Of a stretch of 64,000 nucleotides of DNA, positions 11,938 through 25,800 are shown in pieces. This DNA comes from Phoronis australis. Its lineage: Eukaryota; Animalia; Phoronida. The notes beneath the pieces are model-generated. The model was not told the origin of the DNA, searched no databases, and saw only the letters and a list, made by a program, of their open reading frames with translations. The stretch covers positions 5,129 to 69,128 of the forward strand of contig NMRA01000855.1 of the NCBI GenBank assembly GCA_002633005.1, read 5' to 3'. Every line of letters starts with the position of its first letter. Positions within the stretch are counted from its first letter, which is position 1. The translations under genes were made by a program, and so were the position numbers.

Positions 11938-14581
11938 GAAAGCGCTCCGAGGAGCGAAACTTGGCGAAATTAACCAAAAAGATGACGATAAAGATGATGA
12001 CGAAGATGACCAATATGACGACGATGGTGGCGAGGATGAACAAAAGAAGTATTAATAACATACACAGGACGAACGTAGAAGTCCGAAATCAGTAAGAAAA
12101 AGGCTACAATCTTGAGCGACACTTGACGAAATTAACGGAAAAGACGACGACGGAGATGATGACGAAGATGATGACGAATATGATGATGGTGGTGGCGATG
12201 ATGAACAACATCACAACATTCATATGACGAACTTAGATGTCATAAATCTATAAGAAATAGGCTACAGTCTAGTTCAATAGAAGATAAATCAACATCAATG
12301 CAGCAAGAGCGCTCAACAAAGGAACAGCATTATCAGAAAATCTCAAATAACTCAAAAAGTAGACGTCCTAGGGAAAAATGGAAAACATCTTCTGAAAGAC
12401 CGTTCAAATTTCTATCTAAACTGATGGTATCGCCTAATTCCGTAAATTTTTCGAAAAAAATGAAATTTTGCGTATTTTTTTTAAGAAATTCAAAGTCAAA
12501 TAACTCGAAAACGGTAAGTCTGAGAGAAAAATTGTTACAGGCCATTTGAAAGAATATACTTCAAAGAATCCACATGCAAATAATCACGTCTTTTTCTCTT
12601 CCCGTTTAAAATCGCACTCCAGCACGACTGAAAATGGGTCAACATGCGCCAGATCCGCCATCTTGAAAGCAACTTCCGTTTTTTTGGCTTTGTATAATAG
12701 CATGTCATAAGAAACTAATACCTGTAAAAATTCGAAGGAATTGGTCTTATAATGCGCCCTCTACAGGAGAAAACGTTTTAGGCCAAAATCGAGGTGCGCA
12801 TGCGCTATCGCCGATATTTCCGCCATCTTTAACCGGAAGTAAACAATTTCTGGTATACTTGTAGAAAACTTACAGTCCATTTACTGTGCCGATTCTTAGC
12901 CTTTTACGTAAAAAATTGTAGCTTCCAGAAGCATTTGAACCTTTAAATGAAAACAAAATGGCCGCCACAGCCGCCATCTTGGATCCGATTTTGACGAAAA
13001 ACAATAAGCTTCCAGTACTTCCGGAAGTACGTGTTATGTGTAAATTTCGTGATGATCGGACGAAAATTGCGACCTGTATCGTGCGAACAAACAAAAAAAC
13101 GAGAGCGCTCGGAAGAGCGACACTTGGCGGAATTAATCGAAAAGACGACGAACACGATATCATTCATGTGACTAGCGAAGAAATCGAATTGAGAGCATGC
13201 AATCAACTACAATAAAGAATGAAAGCCCGTTCAAAACTCTATCTAAAGTGGTAGTTTGGCAAACACGATAACATTCATGTGACTAGCGAAGAAATCAAAT
13301 AGAGAGCATACAATCAACTACAATAAAGAACAATAGATGGCGCAACATGACGGTCCAGTCTGCAGTAGGACAGTGCTGGCTGGGTCAGTCTGGGTCAACT
13401 AGGCATAACCAAAATAAAGTGAACTGAATGCCAGCCAGCTGTTTGCTTGTATAAGTGAACGAAGGAACAACGGTATCCGAAAATCTCGAATAATTCAAAA
13501 GTAGACGTTGTAGCGCAAAATGGAAAATATCTTCTGAAAGCCCGTCCACAACTCTACGTACTTTGATAGAGCATACAATCAACTACAATAAAGAACAATA
13601 GATAGCGCAACATTACGGACGAGGCATGCTTTGCAGTAGGACAGTGCTGGCTAGGTCAGTCTGGGTCAACTAGGCATAACCAAAACAAAGTGAGCTGAAA
13701 GCCAGCCAGCTGCGTGTGACCGAAGGAACAACGGTATCCGAAAATTTCGAATAATTGAAAAAGTAGACGTCGTAGCGCAAAATGGAAAATATCTCCTGAA
13801 AGCGTGTTAAAAACTCTATCTAAAGTGGTAGTTTGGCAAAAATCAAAAAAATTTTCAAGAAAATTAAAAATTTGCCGTTTTTTTTTGAAATTCAAAGTCA
13901 AATAACTCGAAAACGGTAAGTCTGAGAAATACGCTCTCGCAGACTTTTTGAAAGGCCATACTTCAAAAATTCACGTCATTTGCTCTTCCCATAAAAAATG
14001 CGACACCAGAGCGATTGAAACCGTGTGAACATGCCCCACACCCGCCATCTTGAAAGTGATTTCCGGTTCAATAATTTTTTATAAAAGCTTATTAAACTCA
14101 ACAAACACGTGACCAGTTTGAAAGTAATTGGTTAGCAAATACGCCCTCTACAGGAGAAAACGTTTTTGGCCATATTTCGGGGTGCGCATGCGCCACGTCC
14201 AATATTTCCGCCATCTTTAACCGGAAGTCAAAGATTTTCTGCACAATTGTAGCACACGCGTTCTAGTATATTCGTACCGATTTTCAGCCATGTAGATCGA
14301 AAAATGCGGCCTCTACGAGTATTTGACTGTGAAATCGGATACATAATGGTCGCCACGTCCGCCATTTTGTATCCGATCATGACCACAAACAATAGCGTTC
14401 TAGCAGTTCCCGATCTACACGTTGTGTGCAAATTTCGTGAAAATCGGACGAAAATTGCGACCTGTAGAGAGCGAACAAAAAAAAAACTTGCTGTCAGACC
14501 AACATACTTGGCGGAATTCCCAGAATTCCGCCAAGTAACAAAAAAAACTTACTAGAAGAGCAACATACTTCGCCAAGTAAT
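11938..14581 (-). mobile_element. HINE-type element (GCCATCTTG family), middle member of the nest
   Basis: Hairpin CGCTCCGAGGAGCG followed by subTIR ACTTGGCGAA on the left; ACTTCGCCAAGTAATAA on the right. Confidence 0.6.
13098..14540 (-). mobile_element. HINE-type element, innermost member of the nest
   Basis: AACGAGAGCGCTCGGAAGAGCGACACTTGGCGGAATT on the left; palindrome ACTTGGCGGAATTCCCAGAATTCCGCCAAGT on the right. Its core (~13735-14480) is homologous to ~12330-13095. Confidence 0.65.
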
Positions 14582-15347
14582 AAGAATAAAATTGAAGAAA
14601 ACCCAGGAACAACAGTACTCTGCGCTTGCACGCGCAAAGTAATAAATGTGCCGTGTTTTAAGACATGAGTTCCACACAAAAATTCAAAAATTTATATAAG
14701 TTTATGATTGAAACTCGATTCTTAACAAGTTTTTTGATAAACATTAAAAAAGGCTTTATGAAGGTTGACGAATACCTATAAGATTTTTTCACATAATGTT
14801 AACTTGAAAATTATTCTTAATAATGTATCTACTTCATATTAATAATATGTGAATTTTCATGCATGTCACCCAGTCACAGTGAAGACGTGTATAAAGATTA
14901 AGATCTTATATGTTTAGAAATCTTTTAACTCAAAAATAAAACAAGGTTTTAACCAAGAAAAATTTTGATGTACAAGTCAAGCTGTCAACAAAGCTAATTA
15001 CTGACTTTCTAAAACCGCTCTGAGGTGGTGGCGTATAACAACTATTATTAAAATCTCTTGGTCGGAGAATAGACCGACCGAAATGTCGTGCCATTGTAAA
15101 TAGACCAGAGGTCGGTGTAAATAGACCAAAAGATTTTAATAACAGAAGGTAATTATTTCAACATTACTTTGAAAGAAATGAGGAAAAAGAATGAGTTGTC
15201 AACGCCAACACGAATAAAATAGTGAGAGCACCAGAAGACCTCGAGTCACTTCTAACCAAACACTAATTTACATATTATTCAAGAGTTAATGATTGTAATG
15301 GTCACTTTTAGGCATACTGAGTCGATAAAGCTGGAAGTCGAATATTG

Positions 15348-15578
15348 TAGTTCCTCACTAGTTTTGTACAAAAACATTTGGCAAAATCATCATTTTTCAA
15401 AGGCCAGTAACTTTGCTACAAATAATGGAAACTTAAGAAAATCTTGTTTTTGACATCTTCACAATACAAACCTAGCTAGTAAAAACTTCATATTTTCCTT
15501 ACCTTTATTTTTGCGGAAAAATTTGACAAAATAGAATTTCAATTGTCAGCCATATAGTGTGCAGTTCGTGAAGAATCA
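15348..15578. repeat. ~230-bp dispersed MITE-like repeat (other copies ~25618-25812, ~30015-30252, ~46788-47030)
   Basis: Shared blocks CATTTTTCAAAG..AACTTTGCTACAAA, GACAAAATAGAATTTC and terminal GTGAAGAAT. Confidence 0.55.
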
Positions 15579-17612
15579 TCATACATCTAGACAGTGCACT
15601 GTTACTCTGAGGTGCAAAATGTTAATCAATATGCAATAGTTTTTTCTACAACTTATGAATCGAAATGTCAAGTATGCCAGCCGTAAAGTCTTTTTTCCAC
15701 AAATATTATGCAAATCATGTATACTACGGTACTATGTGTTTGTTCAGTTGCTCTTCCTTGACTATTTACTGAGCATGCTTGTGTATTAACGTCTCTTTAT
15801 CACTTATAAATGCTGGTAAAGAGTGCAAAGGTGTAGATAATAAATATACCACCAATACTAAATCTTTTATCGTGACATGGCACTGGGAAATAACAATGCA
15901 TGATGCAGGCTACATGAGCACACGAGGTACATCATTAGTGCAAAGGTCATATATTTGCCAAAAAAATTTGTTTTCACATCTACTAGTTGTCAATGAATAC
16001 AACTGCCTTTTGTTTAGGGTAGCAATAGGAGCATTAAATGACCCTTGGGTTTGACAAGCCGTTCTGTCTAATACCTGCCAGCGTTTTCATAAGCACTTTC
16101 ACCAGTAGTAAAAACAACGTTTTAATGTTAAGTTACCTTTCCGAGTCATAGTTTACAGAAACCACTAGCTTTCAGTCTCATTTCACGATCTTCGCTGGGT
16201 GAAATGGCGGGTAATTGGGGCCTCGCCTGTGTCTGTTTCGTCATCATTGTCATGTGTGACCTCTGGCGTTGCAACCAGCGGCTTACTTTAAAGGACACAT
16301 ATACGCTGCGAGGTGTAAGATGCCCTTACTCTATTGCCCCATCAAATAATTAATGGAAGAGTGTGTAAGTGTTTTGACATCAATTTTTGCTCAAAACCAA
16401 CTCGACTTGTGAGGAGATGAACTAACCGCTGGTGAAAATTACTCTTTTGTAGACAGCTCTTTGTCTGGCTAAAACGCTAATGAGAACGCCATTGAAAGTG
16501 CTAGCATTGTCATCACTCACGTAGAATTAGATTACAGCAGTTTGTAATTCATGTGGCAAGCTGATCCTGGCATTTTATACCACTGGAGTTAAACACAAGC
16601 ATATACATGCAATTAATCTGCGGAAAATTTTAAGCCAAAACCACCAAAAACGAACTATTTACTCTGACTAACTTCTAGACTCAAAACTTAAAATTGCTCT
16701 AAACCGGTCCGTCCAAGAAGCCAACTTTTAATTTACACCACATACTTAGTGTTATTAAATTGGTCTCGACTTGTTCCTAACTGAACTCAGAAGAGAAGTG
16801 ACTTGAGAGTATTGGCAACACCAGTTTCATAACGGTAGGGGTCTAAATCAACAGTCAGTTTTTGTGATGGTGGATGGGTTTATAGCCGCTTTGAGATAGA
16901 CAGCGGCGACCCCTTTAGGTATAGTCAGAGATGCAATGGCTTTTACTTTTTCATTAGGAAAGAAGATAGCTTACCGAAAGCTACAGGATAACTTCTAGTG
17001 TCAAAAAGCTTCGCCAACTGACAAAGCAACTCGTATGCTGTTATTAAGCTGGTAACTTACATACAAGTCGCGAATGGAATTTCAATACTGTCGACTTTGA
17101 TTTTAATTGAGGTCTTTGCTAATTTGGTCTGCACGGCAAACAAGTGAGGTCGTAACTTAATAAAATATTTATTTTTATTCAAATTCATTAGGTCATGTGA
17201 TGTGGCCTATGGGTGGCCTGCACACCAGGCTTTAAAATGTTTGCGATTTATATTTCCACACCAGTTTATATTTACACATTCATATAACAAACAAGAACAT
17301 TTGTTAAAATAAATGCCACATTTCCATTTTTCGAAATTACACTCCTTCACTAAAACACCATGTATGGTTTGATGGTAGCTACACAATACAAGAGCAACAC
17401 AGAGCATTCATAAGCACCACAGAGTGAATCATACAGCACTGACTATAAGCAATGATTACTACACAATCTCCCAAGAGGTGAGCAATACTAGTCAACGTAA
17501 AATAGCCTATGAGGAGAGTAAAACAAGTCGTACAAAAAATTAATTTTTCAGAAATTAATTAAGCAGATTAATAACAAGATGTGTGTTAAACAATTGCATC
17601 AAAAACCACACA

Positions 17613-17992
17613 GCACCCTCCTGTGGCATTTGTCCAAAATTTAATTGGTGTTGTCTTATCCGCAATAAAAGCAAGAATTAATGCTTAAGTTCACAAAGAA
17701 CCCTCAAGCAGTATAAGCAGAGAGCTACATGTAAGGCACACCAAAAAGTTGTTTCCAAGAATATAAAATAATCAGGCACCCTCCTGTGGCATTTGTCCAA
17801 AATTTAATTGGCGTTGTCTTATCCGCAATAAAAACTAGTGTTTAACTTCACAAAGAACCCTCAAGCAGTATAGGCAGAGAGCTACATGTAAGGCACACCA
17901 AAAAGTTGTTTCCAAGAATATAAAATAATCAGGCACCCTCCTGTGGCATTTGTCCAAAATTTAATTGGCGTTGTCTTATCCGCAATAAAAAC
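17613..17992. repeat. ~160-bp tandem repeat, ~2.4 copies, ending at an assembly N
   Basis: GCACCCTCCTGTGGCATTTGTCCAAAATTTAATTGG at 17613, 17776 and 17933; single n at 17993. Confidence 0.85.
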
Positions 17993-18069
17993 NATTACAC
18001 ACTGCCTTTGACATGACTCAACACTTGAGAAAAAACAACACAAAAGTTTTTGAGTCATTACCTTTTTCT

Positions 18070-19773
18070 AACAAGAGCAACGCGGAGCATTCAAATGCAT
18101 CCACGAATGCACCACAAATGGGGTGCGTCTAGCCTTGATTATTTGCATCAGAAAAATAGCCACTAGATGGCACAAAATGTCCAGTACTTCTAAAAGCGGG
18201 AAGTGCTATCTAAGAAGCTATCTAGAAAACTATTTACCAAATTTCATAAAAATCTATCAAGGAATTTCAGAGAAACAAAAGAAACGTAAAAAAATGAAAT
18301 TGCCACTAGGAGGCACAGCATTCCTTGGATCTGCCTAAAAGTCGTCTTTTTCTGTTGTTAGCTTCATATAGATACCCTCACTAAATTTAATAAAAAATCT
18401 GGAGTGGGTTTAGGAGATATACCTATGGGCACAAAACAAAACAAAACTATCACCACGAGCCACCACAGTAGTTCAAGTCATCGCCAACCGTCCTCTTCAC
18501 ACTGAGAACATATACGCCATCTTTCAAAATCACGATCCTTAGAATGGATTGGTTGATAGAGGATGGACTCAAAAACAGCAAAAACAGCCACTAGGTGGTG
18601 CAAAATTCCTCGATTTCATCCGAAAACGGGAGGTAGCGTTATCTCACCAATATTCGCCTATATTCCAAATTCTATGAAAATCCATTGAGGACTTTTGAAG
18701 AAACAGACTGAGGTAAATGTAAAAAACTAAAATTGCCACTAGGGGGGCACACAGGTAGTCAGATCTGTTCGAAAGTTGTGGTCATCTGTTGTCAATATCA
18801 TCTAAATACATTTAGTAAAGATTCTGCCAACGGTTTAGGAGATACAGCTACGGCCACCAAAAAACTGCCACTAGGAGGCGCCACAGTGATCAAGAACATC
18901 AGAAAATCATCATGAGCAGTCCTCTTCATAATAAGAACATGTATGCCAATTTTCACAATCATCCTTAGAGCGGTTTGGTAGATAGAGGGGTGGACGACAA
19001 CAAACAGATTCAAAAACAGTAAAAATGGTCACTAGGTGGCGCAAACTACATCAAATCCATTCCAAAACTGAATGCCTATAAGCCACATTTTATGAAAATC
19101 CGTGGAGGACCTTTGAAGAAACAGCGGTCTGTAAAAAAACTAAAATTGCCAATAGGGGGCACACCGGTAATCAGATCTATCTGAAAATCGTCGTCTATTG
19201 TCAACATTATATAAATACACTTGCTAACTATACTAAAGATCCTGCAAACTGTTTAGGAGATATAGCCATTGGTGCAAAAAAACAAAACTGCCAGTAGGAG
19301 GCACCACAGTAGTAAAAGTTGTCAGAAAATCATGTTGGCCGTCCTCTTTATAGTAAGAACATACACGCAATTTTCACAATCATCCTTAAAGCGATTTGGT
19401 TGACAGAGGGGTGGACACCAAAAAAACAGACTAAAAAAGAGTGGCCACTAGGTGGCGCAAACTACATCAAATCCATCCGAAATCAGGATGATAGCGTTAT
19501 CTAACTAATAGATGTATACATGCCAAATTTTATGGAAATACCTTGAGGACTTTTGAAGATACAGACTCGGGGAAAACGTAAAAAACTAAAACACCGGTAG
19601 TCGGATCCGTCCGAAGGTTCCCTCATGCCATCCCATCTAAGAAAGGACACGTGCAAAATTTCATGAACATACGTCAAACGGTTTTGGAGACAGAGCAGCG
19701 GAAGGACGCCGCCCGGACTGACACACGGGGAAGATGGCATAATATGTCCACATATAAATATGTGGGCGCATGA
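18070..19773 (-). mobile_element. HINE with GCCACTAG tandem array, copy 2 (more diverged)
   Basis: Same ends as 7415-9420 (AACAAGAGCAACGCGGAGC... and ...GTCCACATATAAATATGTGGGCGCAT) and three degenerate ~430-450-bp units. Confidence 0.8.
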
Positions 19774-21559
19774 AAATGATTTTTCAAAAAGCACTTTTCC
19801 TTGAATCTTTTTTCAACATATGCTGTGCTCTAAAACACTTCCTATGATCTACTTCAAAGTTGTCAGATCAGTAAAGAAGTGTAAAAACAAAGCCATTATT
19901 AGTACCTTTCTATTCTAACACTTGGTTCTAGTCTCTTATTGCAGACATAGATATTCTAAGGGCAAGTCTGGAGCCAGGTGAACTTATGGTAACTTATCAT
20001 TACTTAAGGTTATGCAAGACCATACAGGCAAGTCTGTACATTGGGACAAACATCCATCAAACTAAAAAATTAAGTAAGGCTGCATATTTTCTGATGTTAG
20101 AAAGCCTGCAGAATTGTTTTACTTTAATCCAATGTGCCATTGATTAGGTCGTCAAGTGACCGTGTCTTCGCATTAAAGTTTAGGAAATAAGAAAGTTATG
20201 AAAAATAATGGTATGGATAGCATGACCAAATTCCCTTTTGATATAAATGATATTTAAATTTAATGATCATTGTTTTAATCTTAAACTTTTGAGTTTTTGT
20301 GTACATACAATAGCAGTCCTATTATTTGAAAACACTTCTGGCAAATTGAATCATATTGAAAACAACTGCAACACAGAGTTTTGGAGAACAGTCCATAACA
20401 TGAGACAACTCCTACACCAAGAGAGTCCAAGCCTTACTATGACTACCGTAAACCACCCCAATCGATTCACAAATTAATGCTCGTGACTTAGCCACGATAC
20501 TGAAGAAAACCTCTTAGCTAATTTTTGTTGTAATGCCTCAATTTTAAAAATTCGAAGATGGCTACTATTTATTTTTCAATTTTAAAAACCGTCACGTTGG
20601 TCGTTAGCCTAACTTATTGCTCATTTTTTACTTTGAAACATGTACGCTAAACAGGCGTGTTGGTTTATGACCACAGCTTTCTGATCCAGCACATTCAGCC
20701 AAGCCCATGAATAGTGACTAGCTCACTTCATTACGTGATGGCGCCATCAAGCCTTTGATGTGTCGAGGACTTTGCCGGATACTCTGGGGTACACACTGCA
20801 CTCTTTCTCATCCACTAGCGTGAAATCCAAGAAGATCGAATTTAAGATGTGGATTATGAGATTGTGCAAATAAGCAGAATTTACTGCAACTCTAAACAAA
20901 CATAACAAGGCAGCATAATGATCTTATTCATAACTATACCGTGAGTAACAGGAGACAGTCAGAGTGTTAAAGTTAGGGTTTCACTCAATGTCTGAAAATA
21001 GATCATTACAAAAACGGTTTCTTAAGAGACCAGTCCAGATATCACTTTTGTCCACTGTTAAGCGTTCATGTACTTTTGTCTGAATCGGGACTCAAAGGCC
21101 AATTATATTCCACAGATCAAAGACTTATTGAAACCATTCATCGACAGATACGTTTTATTGGATTTCTTCGGGTAAAATCATTCCAACTAAACATTTCATA
21201 GGAAATTCAATTTCAGAAGCAAAACAGTTTCAATCCAGGATACATAAAAAAGCTAAAGTAAATTTCTGAACTTAATCTAACCAAACATTGAGAGGGGTAG
21301 ACAGTGGAATTTACTTATACAAGCATTTTAAGACTTAATGGTCTGTCAGCTAAAGATGCAAAATGCACCCAAACATTCAATCATCTGCTGACATTTTTTC
21401 AGTGACCATAGTGAGTAACTATAAACCTGTGCCTTCCACCATAAAAACAACTTTTGACTTTGACCACTCACATTTATGAAATTGTTGTCAAGTGGTTCCC
21501 TTAGAAATCAAAACAGTGTTGTGATTTCTGTGCTCCGGAAAGAACTTGGCTGGCATAAA

Positions 21560-22200
21560 ACGAAAACAAAATATTTCAGAAAACTGTAAGGATTTTTGTG
21601 ACCTCTATCTAATAAAATGTGACCGTGTTATTTATATCGTTATTTTGCAGTCAAAACCTTTATTTTTTACAACATTTTACAAAGACACGGACATGTATAT
21701 CCGCACTCATTTACTAGGAAAACTCCAATTATTGCCCGGGTTTGCTTTTAAAGAATACTTTACCAAGTGGCCCAATCAATGTCAAGTTTAAAAAATTGTG
21801 TTAAATCATTTCTTACCGTTAATAGTCTCACACCTACTCTTACTACTAAATTAAGTTTATTGCCTGAAAAAGAAATTGCCGTTAACCAAGTGCGAGAGGG
21901 GTTGAACGTATATTCACAGACGTTCTATAACTTTGCCATTTCTTCTGATAAATGCACCTGTGGTGCAATTAATAGTGATGCTCTCTACTTGCTCTCATGC
22001 CCCATCTATAATCTTGAGTGTGAAAAGCTGTTTTGCAACCTGCAATCCAACGATCATATCTGGTTACATTTTCAAATTTTTAGTAACAGGCATGAAAAAG
22101 CTAGTTTTATATTACATGATTGTTTGTCTATATCACAATTTAAATCACGATTGTAATGCTTTACTACCTAGAAATCCTAGTGATTTTAAGTCATAACAAG
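21560..22200 (+). mobile_element. Degenerate 3' end of a CR1/Jockey-like non-LTR retrotransposon ORF2
   Basis: ORF 21767-22156 contains NQVREGLN...SDKCTCGAINSDALYLLSCPIYNLECEKLF. This matches the pattern of the C-terminal CxCG...H.LL.CP.Y...R..L zinc-knuckle-like tail, with the His lost. Boundaries are approximate. Confidence 0.5.
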
Positions 22201-22715
22201 GAATTGCAACAATATCTACACTGAGCTTTTTGGTTTGTTTTATGCTTTTCTATATTGTTCTCTTTTAAATGTTCTCCTTTATTACCTTAGGACTTTGTTC
22301 CTGTTTTTTTTGTTTTCTTTACTTTTGCCTGTTTTTTGTTTTCTTTACTTTTGGTGTTTTTGCTCAATATCATGTTTCACTTAAGGTAGGTGTATACACT
22401 GATCAAATCTCCAGGTTCCTAACTAAAATGAGTAAAAAGGGAGTTTTAACTAGTTAGATATGACTCTGAAAGTGACAAAAATCGAAAAAAAAAAGTTTTT
22501 TTGTGGTTCGTTTTTTAAAAAATCGTATTTTTTAATTTTCAAAAAATCCAATTTTACCTCGATTTTTTTTTCAAAATGCACAGGGATCATCATCAACTGT
22601 TTCCTTACGCAATATTCTACTTATCCATACCAAATATATGTACAAAATCATTATGATTTTGATTTTGTGGCATTTTTTGTGTGTAAGTTGGGGCAAGCAC
22701 GCCACTTTTTGTCAT

Positions 22716-22811
22716 NNNNNNNNNNNNNNNNNNNNNNNNNNNNNNNNNNNNNNNNNNNNNNNNNNNNNNNNNNNNNNNNNNNNNNNNNNNNNNNNNNNNN
22801 NNNNNNNNNNN
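22716..22811. other. Assembly gap (96 N)
   Basis: Run of n characters. Confidence 0.99.
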
Positions 22812-25800
22812 GATTCACTCCATTTCTATTTTGTATAAATTTTCGATTGGTTTTAGGTAAAAACATTATACTAACAAAAATAAGTCGGTGTGTCTTAAAA
22901 GGTCAAGACCTCCAACCCCGGGCCTCTGATATAGAAAGTAGTTACAAAGCCGAGGCGAGTTGAGAAAGGTAGATTCATTGTAATGTTTCTCGTTCAGTAT
23001 GTGGTATAAATAGATTATTACATCTTCTCAGACATTATCCCCCTTATCTAGAGCCCTCGTGGATTTTGTAGAATTCTCCAAAGTCCACTCTGGCTCTAGA
23101 TTACGGGGCGGGGGTTAACGACTTTGCCATGTAATAATCTATATTTATCTGTGCAGCAATAAAAAGACATGGTCATATGACCCAATTAATGGCAGATGAG
23201 TACATAGTCAAAAATCCCTGCATGTCTTTCAAAAAATATGTACTTTCACTGACTTGAAATCAACTGTTATGTAGGTGTAAGGCTAAATACATAGACATGC
23301 CAATAATGTCTTACATTACCTTAACTAGACTAAAGTTATGAACGCTCTCTGACGTAAGAGCTTAAACAACTAGCTGGTCATACCTGCAGACATTTTAATA
23401 ACAGGAATAATTGCCAAGTCTAAGATATTATTCATTTGGCATTCAAGGAAAATTATTCACTGTTGCTCTGGCCAACCAGTATAGGTGTACATTTTACGTG
23501 TTCATTTGAGAAGTAATCAGCTGTGCATTTGGTCACAGGTATGTTGATTAATGCCGTCGCCCCTTGCAGTCACAGCTAATTGAACGCCAGCATACAATTG
23601 GACGTGTACCTGAACACTGGATTCTTTTCCGTTTTTGCATAACACACGATGAACATGGAGCGTAGGCAGTTGGGAATCTAATGACATTGTTATGTGAATA
23701 GTTTTACAGAGTAGGCTGTTTGAAATACACAACACCCAATACCTGAGTGTAAAAGTATGATTTAAGTTTGAACAGCGTCATATCTTTATGCGTACTCCGG
23801 GAGGTGGGATATACCAAGACTGAGGAACAAAGACACAGTTACACCAATAATTACCTGGGCATTTATACAGGTAAGTAGTCAAAAGCATTAACAGTAGGAA
23901 TGGTCTCATTTACAGAGTCACTTATCCAGATATAGTCCTGAGCTGGGTTGCATAAAACTTCAAAGTTATACGCTGGATAAGTTTGATTGTTGCATGACAT
24001 CAGGAGCATTGTTCAACAATAACAACGTGACGCGTGATAATGCGACGTCATTGTTGCTATACGGCGTATAACTTTTAAGCAACTGGGCCCAGATGTCTTG
24101 GCGAGATAGTAGTTTGAAGACTTTCGCTGTTCACAGTTCATGTGAAAAAATGAGCCAACTTAAGTGGCGATGGCTAGAGTAGCGTCGTTGAGTCTTTCAA
24201 TAATGACAACCTATGTAAAAAAATGACGAGGCAATCTCTATTAGATCAGACCTCCAAAAACAAAAAATAACATTCACGAGCCAGGACTAATATGATTACG
24301 TGAAATATCTTTTTGACGATAGCTTTGCTTTATTCAGTTTCGTTAAGAGTGGTTATTTTGACTGCTTTTGACTCGGAGGAGTATATTTCAAGACAGTTTT
24401 TTTCAAATTGGGATACTGAAATTATATCCAAATGTAATACTTGTAAATATTATAACCAATTTATTTAATGGTTTACATAATAAATTTACCATGTTTGGCT
24501 TTACTTTTATGTATTCTATTTATATACTATATCTGTCCAGTAGCGCTGCCGGAGTATTTTCATTGAGAAACCAAAAAATCAAGGGTCCCTCGCTGAAAAT
24601 TGCCAACAAACGCCATGAGAGGCCTACCACACAATCAGTTTCAATGATGAGGTGGTTAGGATCTTTACAGGAATGTTGTTGAGTGACTTTTGTGAACAAT
24701 CCACACTACGGCTAGCAAACCACAACATTGACGAGATCTAGCCTGCCTCAGAGCATTGCCTGTGAACTAAACAAAAACCGCTTAATGTTACCAGATATTG
24801 TCAGATTCGTCACCAACATAAAAAATCTGTAGAGAATGGTCTTCAAACGAAAAAATCCACCCCCAATGAGCATTTTTTGTATTGATGTGACAAGTTCAGC
24901 CTATTACTAGCCCTGTCAGTGCATTGAAACCATAAGGTATCCCACATTTCATCTTTCCATCTTATGAGATTTCATGGTTATGCAAAGCATTTAAAAACAA
25001 GATCATTCCGCTATCAGTACTAGTGCATGTAAACCTGAAAGCGCCGCACTTTACGAAGAGAAGCCGCAACATAAGCACATAGAGTTAATACAATGCACAT
25101 ACATCGCGCTCGAAGGGCATGCCATAAAACTATAACCCGACTCTTTTAATAAAAGGGGTACAACATTTTACTCTGACACCAGAGGTCATTTGAAAGTTTT
25201 TTTAATTCAAGGACAAATATCATGCAAAACTAGTCACACTTGTGACTTCTAGCACAATGGCATTTATATGAAAAGTTGCGTCATAGAGCGTACAAATTTT
25301 ATTTACATTGTTTTACTCTTACAGTCTTTTTAACTACACAACTTCCTGAAATCAGTTTGAAAATTGTGAAAGCCGTGGTTAACAGAAGTTGTCCCTTCAA
25401 TAGGGTACATTCACCCCTCCAATTAGGTAGGTACAGCCTAGATAAGCAGAGCAGGGCTTAACAATGGTTAATGTCCTTCAGAGGCCTACTGTGTAATGTA
25501 CTATGGACAATATCATGCCCTGAAAATTATCATCATCACATGATGAATGATTGGAGGGGTTGGAGATGCTTGTTTACTTGAACAAATGATTCTAGTTTAT
25601 GTTGTAGTTAGGGAAACTATTCACTTATTTCACACCAAAATAGTTGCCAAAATCGTTATTTTCCATTTTTCAAAGGCTGGTTACTTTACTGCAAATAACA
25701 GAAAATTTACCAAAAAATGTTTTGAGACATGGTACAAACCATGCTAGTGATACAATAAAATTTTTTAATCTTTATTTTTGTGTAAAAATATGACAAAATA

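Larger units (their letters stand above)
10769..14645 (-). mobile_element. HINE-type element (TGACCT-rich family), outer member of a triple nest
   Basis: Left end AACTAGAAA...ACTCTGCGCGTGC; right end ACTCTGCGCTTGCACGCGCAAAGTAATAA (inverted match). Internal ~420-bp duplication rich in TGACCTTTGACC. An (AAGAAT)n microsatellite is split at about 11937/14581 by inner elements. Confidence 0.65.

Noticed and set aside
11975-12240. GAT/GAC-rich stretch suggesting an acidic poly-Asp protein
   Set aside because: Two ~150-bp internal repeats of a HINE, with stops and no splice structure.
22460-22963. ORFs spanning the N gap
   Set aside because: Artefacts of translating through Ns.
23517-23870. Possible exons: a minus-strand Cys-containing ORF with faint cystine-knot/IL-17-like spacing, and a plus-strand 23776-23870 segment ending in CAG|GTAAGT
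   Set aside because: The Cys pattern needs frameshifts, and no partner exons or convincing homology were found.
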